Assembly: GCF_023055435.1 (NCBI RefSeq)
Contig: NW_025963957.1
Span: 4,402,001 to 4,466,000 of the forward strand
Reading direction: 5' to 3'
DNA: 64,000 bases
DNA from: Haliotis rufescens
Taxonomy: Eukaryota
This document shows positions 12,646 to 23,759 of the stretch, piece by piece. A program made the position numbers and the translations under genes. Below the pieces are notes generated by a model. That model worked only from the letters and a program-made list of their open reading frames with translations, ran no database searches and was not told the DNA's origin. Numbering within the stretch: the first letter of the stretch is position 1; every line of letters starts with the position of its first letter.

Positions 12646-12843
12646 TCACAGACACTGTTTCACCCAGTGATCACGGCAGCCGGGTGAAGCTCGTTGATGG
12701 AAATATTTTCTTCCGTATTTCTTCGTTGCCCAAGCATAAGCTTTAGCCACCTTTTTGCAGAGCCACCGTCTCCCGCAAATTACCCTCATATTGTGGTGAA
12801 ACTTTTCATCACATGTTGCCCTTGATATTCCATAAGCTGCAGC
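12646..12843 (-). CDS. PLA2 gene B, last coding exon
   Basis: AAAYGISRATCDEKFHHNMRVIC...GCRDHWVKQCL*; acceptor and polyA signal conserved. Confidence 0.85.
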   Translation of the reverse strand, partial: AAAYGISRATCDEKFHHNMRVICGRRWLCKKVAKAYAWATKKYGRKYFHQRASPGCRDHWVKQCL

Positions 12844-14549
12844 CTGTGAAAACAGTAACATTAGTGTAGAATTTGTATGAAAATTATAACTGATATTCAT
12901 TAAACGCTCATGACTAATCGTCAGTTCGACATGTTGCAATAATTTCCATTGTGCAAATCATATATCAAAAGCGTAAGTATTCAAATAACCTCAAGAAAGA
13001 GGACAAACCAGCTGGTTTTTATAGCAGGAAGCAACCAGCGATGATGTGGATGGCTTTTAACCCCATGGGTGTATTTTTTGTAGTTCTGTAATATGAACGC
13101 TGTGTGTGATTTAAAGTCAAATATTGCTGCAAGCATACGTTTGAAGCCAGAGATCATAGAAAGACTTATGCACTCTTCAAAGGAAGTAGTGGATACTCGG
13201 AAATAACTTAAAATTAACTTAAAATCAGGAATGTCACTACAGGCATGTGTGTGGCGCTACAAACATTTCTATTTCATGAGCCCTTATTATTTTAAGAGGA
13301 TACATTTATTGCACACACCACCCTATGTTTGTGAATGTTTGTCAGGGCTGATTTCATGTCTTCTTTCTGGGTGGATGACTTGGGTTCTTTAAGGCGTATG
13401 TCTGCAAGGTGAGGTTGAGATGTTGAAGAGTTGGCTGGAGGTGTTCAGGGCTGCATTCGGACTTGGCTCCTCTGGTGAGAGTTGCAACAATTGCACTGTA
13501 ATCTAGGGGAGATGGTTGCATAGGTAGTGTATGTACTGATCTGTGAGATGGGGTTTCATGTATACTCAGGTGGTGATGACTTCAGAGACGTTGACAGAAA
13601 ATGTCAAGGAAGGGTATTCGGGAGTTTTAGTGAGTTACCATGGTTATTGAGGTGGTTGAAAAGGGTGGTTGGAACTTAGTTTTCTGCAAGGATATGGCGA
13701 AGGCGTCGTCAACATTTCTCTACCCAAGACTGGCTGGCTGGTAGGGAGATGTGGCTAGGTTAAATTCTTCAAAGCTGGTCACAAAGATGTCTGATTAGTA
13801 GTGGGTAACCAGTGGCATAATAAGTTCTTCCAGCAGACACACGGCCTTCCCGTTCAGTTCATTAAGTGAGCTTGTTTTTAACTCGTGGTCAGTCAAAAGT
13901 TTAAGGTCAGGTTCTTCATTATAGAAAATAGCCATTATTGTCAGTTTCGAAGGCATTGTTACCCATTATTGTTACCTGTTACACATTTATGGCTTTTGGT
14001 AATACGTATCTTAAGATATCGGATTTCAGTAGGATGTCTCTCAAAGCCGGGTCGATATTGCTTTATGATATAAACGGTCAACCATAACAACAATAGTCCA
14101 CTGTTTTAGTAGGTGGTCGATTTGAATTAAGGAAACACCAACAGTAACCTCAATCCTCCAGACGCGATACGTTCTGAAAAGTGAACGTTGTGAAAGAATA
14201 CAGCCTCTGCCTCTTACTATAGGCTTATGCAGAGGTGTAGATTCTAGTTTTTTCTTCATTTTTAGGGGCCGATTGTTTTGGGTATAATAAAGCATTTTTA
14301 TATGGTATAAAAGCATTTTTTACAACACCATATGTAGCCAAACCCCAATAAGCAGTTTTGTTCGAAGTGACCGAAAACTAGTCAACTTGACATGTTTATA
14401 ATCACAACTGCTTGAGGAAGGTACTTTTCAATCACTTAGATTGTAAATGATGGACATAAATCGCAGAACGTTTGATGTAACCTGACGAACAGGTCTCCAT
14501 CTTGCACAATCAATGGCAATTGCAAATGACAAAATATATCTGAAACACT

Positions 14550-14756
14550 TGTATAGCAAACATCATGTTTGTTACAAGCAGGTGTGAACGTTTTCTTGAA
14601 GGGTAACCACTTGACAGGCAATGTACAGCCATTGACGAAACGGTTGCGATCACAGACCCGGGCCCGGTGCTGTCTCCGTCTCCGCAAAAAGGCAGCTGCA
14701 TCCCCGGTCAACAGTAGCACACAGGCCAGAGCACACCACGTGTACAGCAGACGCAT
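14550..14756 (-). pseudogene. PLA2 gene B, first coding exon; 6-bp deletion removes Cys70 and the canonical donor
   Basis: Gene A reads tat aca TGT GTA agt gtt; gene B reads tat aca agt gtt. HD catalytic pair retained. Confidence 0.75.
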
Positions 14757-15022
14757 CTGTAAACGTGCAAAAAAGTAAGTAATGTCTTGAGGCAGAATTT
14801 ATATGAATTGTAGGCTGTTAGAGAGCAGTAAGTTTTTCAAGAGTTACCAAACTGTTGAGTCAAATATTCATTAGAAGTGTTCTACTTTGATGTACCCTGT
14901 GGGTAGCTGGGGTAATATCTGTCATAAGTTATGGTGGCTCATGGGACTTCTGTTCTTCTTTATAAACATTTTATGGGTCAAACCAGCCTGACATATATTC
15001 TTTTCAATCTCATAACTTTTCG

Positions 15023-15188
15023 AGGGCGGTGGGGTAGCCCATTGCTTAAAGCATTTGCTCATCACAATGAAGACCCTGGTTCGATTCGACACATGGGTAC
15101 AATGTGTGAAGCCCATTTCTGGTGTCGTGATATTGCTGGACTACTGCTAAAAGTGGCGTAAAGACATATTCACTCACTTACTCACTCA
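15023..15188 (+). mobile_element. Short tRNA-derived SINE with (ACTC)n tail (other copies 42147-42370, 52751-52901, 58326-58453, decayed 29230-29350, 56610-56680 -)
   Basis: A-box and B-box-like head (ggggtagcc...ggttcgattc) plus shared body and tail. Confidence 0.85.
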
Positions 15189-15252
15189 TCAACTTTTCAA
15201 GACTTTATAATATACTGGAACTTAACACCTTTGTATCCCTGGCGTTACAGGC

Positions 15253-18200
15253 CCTCATGAAGAGCAAACCACGTGGTGAGTGCTGGGTAACGCTAATCGC
15301 TCTTCCCCCGTGTGGACCCGGGGTAGAATGTGTGCTCAGCACCCAATTGCTTGTCGTATGAAGCGACTAAATTGGGAAGCCCGTTTGCCGTGGGTTGCGT
15401 CCCTGTGTCGGGGGAGGAAGGGAGTCTGGTAATTAAGGGCACTGGTTCCTGGAACTGTGTTCCTTTGCCCAACACACCACTTTGACCCTTACTTCGCCTA
15501 GACGGGTGGTAGGATGGGCCTGGTCTTATCAATCGACTGGTCACGCTAAGCCCTGTGCGTTATAGTGTATATGCACACGTGTGTTATATTTTAATGTATA
15601 TTTTGGTCTTGGTCATGCATAACTCTATGAATTCACAATTTTGGATGGAATAAATTGCCTACAGTCTTATGCCAGAAGGCGGTGGCTCATGGGCCAATCT
15701 GGTGATGTTGACCTCTGTATTCTGTATGTCTCAACTTTCTTGTCATGGACTGAGCCAGCCTGGCACTACATCTGGTAGACAAATATAGCTATTCAAGTCA
15801 TATTCGCTGGAGTATAACATCCATGTATCCCTGGTGTTTGCATGCTGGAAATCCGATTTGCTTACAACACTGTCCTTGTTGACACTTGATGGTGGGTGGG
15901 GAGCAGGTATGCTGAAACACTTTTCTTTCACCATGCCAACCCAACAATCTGGTTCAATTCGCAACGACAAAAAAAAAGACGTCTTGAAGATGATGATTCT
16001 GGGAACATTCCCAACAAATACGATTCATGGGCCCGATTCCTGGTGATCGAGGCTGGTGACAAACAACCTTTAAGATTGAATCATTTGCTATTTCAAAAGC
16101 TATGAACGGACATTGTGGAGAAGTGAAAAATGTAACCCGACTCCGTAGTGGTTCCATTCTTGTTGAATGTGTGAAGAAGCAGCAATCTCTTAATCTCTTG
16201 TCCAACAGTCAGACTGCCAATGTTGAGGTTGCTGTTTCAGCACATAAGACTCTAAACTCCAGTCAAGGCACTGTTCGTGACAGAGCTCGATGTCCGAACA
16301 AGAAACTGTTACAGAGTTGAAGGATCAAGCAGTGACATCTGTGAAACGTTTTACTAAAAAGATCGATGGTGTTATCACTCCCCTGAACACCTATCTCTTC
16401 ACATTTGATCGAACAACTATTCCTCGTTCAATTAAAGCTGGTTATGTTAACATCGGAGTGGAGGTGTATGTCCCCAATCCACTCTGATGTTATACTTGCC
16501 AAAAGTTTGGCTATGGTTCCAAATCCTGTGATTGCCCTAAGGTTTGCCAGCGTTGTGGTGGTAAACATGACAGCAACGAATGTAGGGCAGATGTGAAGTG
16601 TGTCAACCGTAATGACCAACTTGAAGCCTGGTCAAAGTCCTGTCCTGTATGGAAAACTGAGTCCCAGATATTAAAACTGAAACTCAACAACAATATTTCG
16701 TATCTGGAAGTAGAAAAAACAAGTAACTAACCAGTTACCATCAACTATTACTTATTCTGCTGCAGTGTCTCGTTCTGTTTCCACTTCATCAATCGAATGT
16801 CAGACTGAATTGACATGGGTTCACTCTGATCAACCAGTAGAAACAACATCTGTCATTCAGCCCCACAAATCAGATTGTCAGCCCAGTACCACATCTTCAG
16901 AATCACAGACTGATTCACAATCTTTACCAGTTATTGACAAACCAGGCAATGTTCATATGAGTAAGACAGAAAGAAAACAACTAAAGAGACAACATCTCAG
17001 GAGACCCTCTCCTTCAGAGGTGCCTGTCCATAATTCCTTTGGACCTTTGGATATGGAGGTAACTCCGTCTTCACAGGCCAGTGCTAGGAGCTCATCTTCT
17101 TCACGCTCGCGTGTGAGGTCACCTATTGAGCCACCATGCCTCATATGATTCAGTGGAATTACAGAGGACTCAGGAAAAACTTTAATGAGATAGTTTAGGA
17201 CTTTAAACCATCAGCACTGTATCTCCAAGAGAGTATAACAATGTATTTCGTTTTCGCCCCAAGGTGATAAAGCTGCTGGATCAAGGCATCATCCCCTCAA
17301 TACAAATCTTCAAGCTGTAGCTGTCCGACTTACATTGCACTTACTTTGTGCTCCTTGTATATTCTTCCTTCAAATACTCTTCAGCAGGCTGATCTTCAGA
17401 ATCTCTTTGATCAGTTACCAAAGCCCTGTATCATCATGGGCGATTTAAATGGGCATAACCCCCTATGGGGAAGTCCAAATACAAACAGTAAGGGAAAAGT
17501 GCTTGAAGACTTTATTTCTGACAATAATCTCTGCATATTTAATGACGATTCAAACACTTATTTACATATTCAGCACTGGATCTGTCAATCACAGATTCAA
17601 ACCTTTACAAGGAATTTGAATGGTCAGTTCATGATGACCTCTGTGGGAGTGACCATTTCCCTACCATCCTTAAACCTGTTAACCCTACTGACCATCCAAC
17701 AACAACAAGGTGGAATTTTACATTATATGAATTATTATCCACTGAAAAACTAACACCTGACATTTTTCAACATGTTCAAGATCCGATACAGTTGTTTTCG
17801 GACATGCTGAATGAATTTGCTGATGAAACAATTCCCAAGTCCTCTGCAAATCCACGTATTCGTAAACCATGGTTTAACAACGAATGCAAACAGGCACGAA
17901 AATATAGGAAAAAAGCGGAAACATATTTTCCCCGCCATCCTACAGTCCATAATTTAGATAATGTTAAAACTACAAATGCAAGGCACGAAGTGCTTTTAAA
18001 CAAAGTAAGCGTCAGTCTTGGAGGAACTATGTCTCCAAAATACATTCCCGCACGCCTATATCCAAGGTGTGGAATATGATACAAAAAATAAAAGCCAAAG
18101 GTTCAAAATCATCTGTTCACCATTTTAAGGAAGGTGACACGTCGTTTTTAACGGATAAAACTGATATTGCAAATATGCTTGGAGAAACGTTAGCAAACCA

Positions 18201-20399
18201 TTCTTCAACGTCTAATTATGTCCCGGTGTTTCAAACAATTAAGAAACAACAGGAAAAGATAAAAGTAAATTTCACTTCTGATAATTGTGAAGACTATAAT
18301 GAAGTCTTCTCATTACATGAGCTACATACCGCCCTTGGGCAAGCTCATGACACACCAACGGGAGCTGATAACATACACTACCAGCTTTTCAAACATTTAC
18401 CTGAATCATGTCTGGAGACACTTTTAGATATATTTGATCAAATATGGACATCAGGGAATTTTCCTCCTTCATGGCATAATGCCATTGTAGTCCCAATACC
18501 AAAGCCTGGCCGGGATCATACAGATCCCTCTAACTATCGACCTATATCCTCAACCAGTCGCGTGTGTAAAACCATGGACCGAATGGTGAATAATAGATTA
18601 ATTTGGTAATAAAACCAATAATCTGATTACAAATATACAATGTGGTTTCCGAAAAAATCGAAGTACTATCGACCATTTAGTACAATTAGAATCCTTAGTA
18701 AAACATGCTATTGTAAACAAACAACATGTAGTGTCACTCTTTTTCGATCTTGAGAAAGCCTATGCTACTACTTAGAAGCATGGCATTCTAAAGGATTCAC
18801 ATGATTTTGGTTTGAGAGGCAGTTTGCCTCAGTTGATGGTTCTTTATTTGTGGACGATTTTAACATTTCTTGTCGCGGGAAAAACATGCACACTTTTGAG
18901 AAACAACTGCAATTGTGTCTCAATAAAATCCACAAATGGTCGCTTGGTAACGGCTTCAAATTTTCTAAAACTAAAACTAATTGTATACACTTCTGCAGAA
19001 AATATAGACAGCACAAAGACCCAGAACTATTTCTATCTGACACACCCATCAAAGTTGTTGAGGAGACCAAGTTCTTGGGGCTTATTTTTGGCCGCCACCT
19101 GACGTTCTTGCCACATATAAAATATCTCACGGCAAAGTGTCTGAAAGCACCAGACTTGCTGAAAGTCGTATCACACTCTAAATGGGGTGGGGATCAGACA
19201 ACCCTCCTCCATTTGTACAGATGTTTGATCCGCCCAAAATTGGACTACGGTTCCATCATTTATGGTGGAGCCTGAAAAAGTAACTTATAGAAACTAGATT
19301 CAATTCATCACAAGTGCTTGAGGCTCTCCTGTTGATAGTCTGTATGTAGAGGCTGATGAGCCTCCGTTGAAACAACGTCGTTTAAAACTTGCACTACAAT
19401 ATATCACAAAATTAAAATCAAACCCGTCAAATCCAGCAGTTGATTGCATTTTTAATCCTCACTACGAGGCATTATTCCAAACTAAACCGAAGCTGGTTCC
19501 ACCTCTGGAGATCAGATTACAACCGCATATAACAGCAGCTCATATTGACCTTGATCTTATTGCAACCTACCGATTACTGTCTGCGGCTCCTTGAAAATTA
19601 GTCAAACCAAAAGTAGACCCTACGCTTACTAAATTTAAAAATTCTGATACAAATCAGCTAATTTTTCAACAAGAATATGTCCAGTTACGCTCTAAATTCT
19701 CACCGCTCCATCTTCACAAATGGATCGAAGCATATTTTGCTTGACTGTACAGACCTTTCTCTCACAAGGGATACCTGTTATCATTTGACTTCTTTAAAGG
19801 CTCTTTTTATAACTATAAATGCTCGTTTAATTCTCAATTTGTTAAAAGAAATAGATTTATTTGATAAATTTTGAATTTTGAATTGTTTTTTAATTAGTGT
19901 GATGTTATTAACAATTGAGATTTTAAAGGCTGTGCCACTCAGGGGGTTAAAGTAGTGTAAAATTATTGTCCAGTGGCACGTGAGTCCTTCTTTGTTGAAG
20001 TGTATAAAATCAACTAGTGTTTTAATGTATTGATTGTGCTTCTATTTTTTAATTTTTGTTAGCAATACATACAACCACTGGTGACCAAACTGATGGTATA
20101 AATCCTGCCGGGAATCATGCAGGAAGCAAAACCACTGTAAGTCCCCATGATTCCCAGTTAGGTGGTCTAGCTTTGGTTGCTAGTGGTCTATAGCCTAGTT
20201 TTAATTTTTAGGAACTTATCTACTAAAAATTCTTTGTTTTATAATTGCTTGGGTTTGTTTTATATCTAAACCCTCATATTTACCTGACTGTTTTACTGTC
20301 CTTCGTCGACAGGTCTTTAATTATAGTAACTACCTTGTTCTCATCGCGATATGGCAGCAATATTGCCGATGCTATGTACACTTTTAACTCACTCACTCA
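15253..20399 (+). mobile_element. Full-length decayed non-LTR retrotransposon, I/Nimb-like (gag-like ORF1 ~15920-17148; APE-RT-RNase H remnant ORF2 ~17147-19874)
   Basis: 16-bp direct repeat ccctggcgttacaggc at 15237-15252 and 20400-20415; (ACTC)n tail; ORF1 RLRSGSILVEC and YVPNPL followed by a CCHC-like stretch; ORF2 GDLNGHNPLWG, PSNYRPIS, FFDLEKAY, VDDF and IRPKLDYGS. Confidence 0.9.
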
Positions 20400-20415
20400 C
20401 CCTGGCGTTACAGGC

Positions 20416-22460
20416 TGACTCCACTGCAAAATCGTGCTTGTTGACACTCGGTGATGGATGGGGAACTAGTTTATCCCGCCATGTTTTAAAGGAACTCTTC
20501 AGGTTCTAGCAAACTAAACATCTACATCTGGATTCGAATTTGTCCAATGAAGAAGTTTCTTCTGTAGTTAAATATGCTTGGCCTATGTTCAGTGTAATTG
20601 CATCTGCGGATGGAAATCATTTGAACTTAAATCCTTTCGCTATCGGAAGCTTTGGACTGATCCAAATTCAGTGGAATGTACACGAAGATAGCAATATGTC
20701 AATCTGCTGGGACACTGAACTAGTGTTGTTTCGTCATCAGAGAATAGGTTGTTTCAGCGCAGAAGAAATTGTTGATGAATTAAGATTCCAGTGTGTCATC
20801 GCTGTCAAGCATTTCATGAGAAAACAGGCAGGATCACACAATTATCAAAACAAATACTTGACTTTTTACTTTTCCACTTTCAAATCTGCCAAATTCATTA
20901 AAGCTGGTTACATCAAAATTGGAGTGGACCATTTGACCTGGTCCAAATTCTGACTTAATATCGAACTCCAGTCAGACATAGAAGGATCAGCAGATGCTAG
21001 ATGAATTTTATCAAACTACTCAGAATGACACAACCATGTCAAACTCGGCCTCACAGACAAAGATCAAACAATCAAAAGACAGGAAAAAGCAAATGAGGAG
21101 AAGGGTCAGGTCACTCCAGTACTTGGAGATCTTCTTATTTGTCAAAGCCCTGTGTGGAGTCGTCGTCCTTATGAGCATCTATAGATGGAGGTCACTCCTA
21201 TACTGCCTGCCAGTCCATGGCCAACAGACGTTCTTCCCGATCAAGTTCTCCAGTTGAGCCCTCGTGGACAGCTTACGTGAATTCATTCAGGGGATGTGCA
21301 CAGGACTACGGAAGACTCTTAATGATTTGCGGTTATTTATACACTTGAAAGTTTTACCTCCAGATGCTTAAGCTACTGGGGGATCTTCAGCACGGATGAG
21401 GGTGGGTGTTATACGCAACCCTGTTCTTCTCAATGCCCCACTTGAAGCGGATGCAGGTTGTGTAACCTTGCAAGAAGCTTTAAAGTTGTGCTTTCTTAAT
21501 ATGTCAATAATAGACACAAATCTGCTGATTGAATTCGAATGGTCAGTCCACAATGACCTGTCTGTTGAAGATGGAATTTTTCAAAGAGAAATGTTGTCTT
21601 CAGAAAAATAACACTTGATCTTTATAGTGACGTTTTTTTTATCAATGCAATAATTTTCTGATGCGCTGAATTTTAGGGCGGGCTTCCAGTTGTCCATATC
21701 CATCAGAGCTAATTACTGTAAAGTGTTCGCTTCCACTGTCTTTTGCTAATCACTTATCAGCGGCAATTATCTGTTGGCCTCCCTTGTTAGTTTCCAACTT
21801 TTGTCTTGTTATTACTTCTGTTGTCCTTTCATGTACATATATATGCTCTCTGCCTCATAGCATTCATTCACCTGAAGGAGTAAGCATATACTCCAAAACG
21901 TTGTGTATCCTCATAATATAGAAGTTGACATCCATAAATTCTCTTCCTTAAATTAACTTAAGCCTGTATTTCTAAGTCTTTTGCAAATCACCACATCCGT
22001 ACACCAAGCTTTAATATAATTATAATGACTCTAACAATTAAGGCAAAACAAGGAAATGGCTGATTTCTGTCGCCATTCTGTGGTATATAATTTATGGATA
22101 TATTGTAAATGCTAAAACCCAGCGTACATTTGAAACAATATAGACGCCAGGCAAAATAATGTTTAATAAAAACATTCACGTGAATGCAAGGTATGGAACA
22201 TGATCCAGAAGATGTTAAGAATAGGGATGCATTTTTAAATAGTATATGGCACATTGCAACAAACTTTGTGAAACATTGGAAAACCATCCTTCCTCATCAA
22301 ACTATGTACCTCAATTTTTTATTTTTTTTAAACAGCAAGTAAAGAAAAGTATTGATGTTAATTTTTGGATAATGTGTACGATTAAATTGAAATATATTTA
22401 ATCCATAAGGCATTTGGAAAAACTCGTGATACTGGTACAGGAGCTGAGAATATAGATATA
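20416..22460 (+). mobile_element. Older, highly decayed LINE of the same family
   Basis: KYAWPMFSVIASADGNHLNLNPFAI and FIKAGYIKIGV resemble the upstream ORF1; EFEWSVHNDL and the 22180-22460 segment resemble ORF2. Confidence 0.7.
21670..21975 (+). mobile_element. Penelope-like terminal repeat with a degenerate minimal hammerhead motif (21871-21903)
   Basis: cctgaag GGAGTA agcata TACTCC aaaacgttg resembles CUGANGA-stem II-GAAA with core mutations. Confidence 0.5.
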
Positions 22461-23289
22461 AACTATATGGTCCTTGACGCGTGTAAGGGGCGGTAGTGTA
22501 TTACCATTTTACGGCTGTAACAAAATATTTCTATATAATTCATTTTCGACTTCTATCGGGAGAACCATAGCAAAATTCAGCCAAAAAGGCTTTAAAAGAG
22601 CTTCAGTAAAACTACATTGGGAAATGACGTGCAAACATACTCTTGAATTCTCAGCTACCCAGTGACCTAAACATGTGCGAGTGCAGTGAACGATGTGAAT
22701 CCTAGAAATCTTAATTCATCACCTCTCAGGACGCATTTTCTGAGTGCAGTTTAACAATTGCACGCCTGACTTGATCCCTCTGAAAACTGTCTAATTTATC
22801 AACCTTGCGTGGTTTTGACATGTTCCCTACCTCCTTGGCCTGACTATTTGTATCTCGTCGACTAACAACATTTTAAAGTTTCTGAGGGGACATACCAAGA
22901 GCTTTTGAAGCTCGTTTCAAGAATTTATTAATTGCATAAAAAGGGTTTGCTCTTTCTGCTTCACTTCTAAAGAAATCATACACATTCACCATCAACGGTT
23001 TAACATCTGCTGAGTAGCGCATCTTGTCATTGAATGAACACGGTCACTGTGTAGCACGTGCAGACAGTGATTGCGCTGTGCCTTCAACGGTTTGTCCCCC
23101 TACGTGTCATGTACACATTTCTATACACAATTACATGATAGTTTCTTAAAGAACTTCATCCTACATGGGTCTTAAAAAAAATAAATTCAGATTTTGTTGG
23201 GTACAGGTTATTCATGGTCAAGTACCGTATTGATGTTTCATACACTTTTCTGGATTTCGAGTTATTTTGCAATTCGTCGTTCTCATTTG

Positions 23290-23570
23290 GAGTCAAACGG
23301 ACTGTAAAAGATGGTACTTGTTGTTACCCAGTCTGGCGCTCGGCATTAAGGGGCTAAAACAAGGACTGGTCGGCTCGGAGTCAGTATACTGTGTCTGAGT
23401 GGGGTTTTTCATGTTAAACTGCGGCATGGTATCTCAGTCAGCTAGCACTATAAATCGGCATCAGTCCGGACTAGTACAGGCAGCCACACAAACACACACA
23501 CACATGCACGTCGCTATATAAGTGCAATAATCTTGGACGCGACGCAAAACCCCATTTCACCTCACCTCCT
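23290..23570 (+). mobile_element. Meta/MESC-domain-like tRNA SINE, 5'-truncated
   Basis: Homologous to 36460-36899 and 40648-40983. Confidence 0.8.
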
Positions 23571-23695
23571 TGATGTAACGTTTTACCAACACTAAAAGAA
23601 TGTTACAGAGAACACGTTTTAGTCGATGGACAATCATAACTTACATGTATTAACGAACATAAGATAAGAAAATGGAAGAACATCTGTACCAATTT

Positions 23696-23759
23696 ACTTA
23701 CCATGTGCGGGGCTGTTCCAAGTGATATGATTTAGTTGTTTTCGAATGCATATTTTATA
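23696..23759 (-). promoter_or_regulatory. Putative promoter and non-coding exon 1 of PLA2 gene B
   Basis: Minus-strand TATAAAA (23759-23753), Inr-like TCATATC 31 nt downstream, ~27-nt exon, GTAAGT donor at 23701; homologous to 60000-60063. Confidence 0.65.

Larger units (their letters stand above)
10967..14925 (-). repeat. Right arm of the large inverted duplication
   Basis: Reverse complement of 3080-7743; starts about 10 bp after the Tc1 right TIR. Confidence 0.95.
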
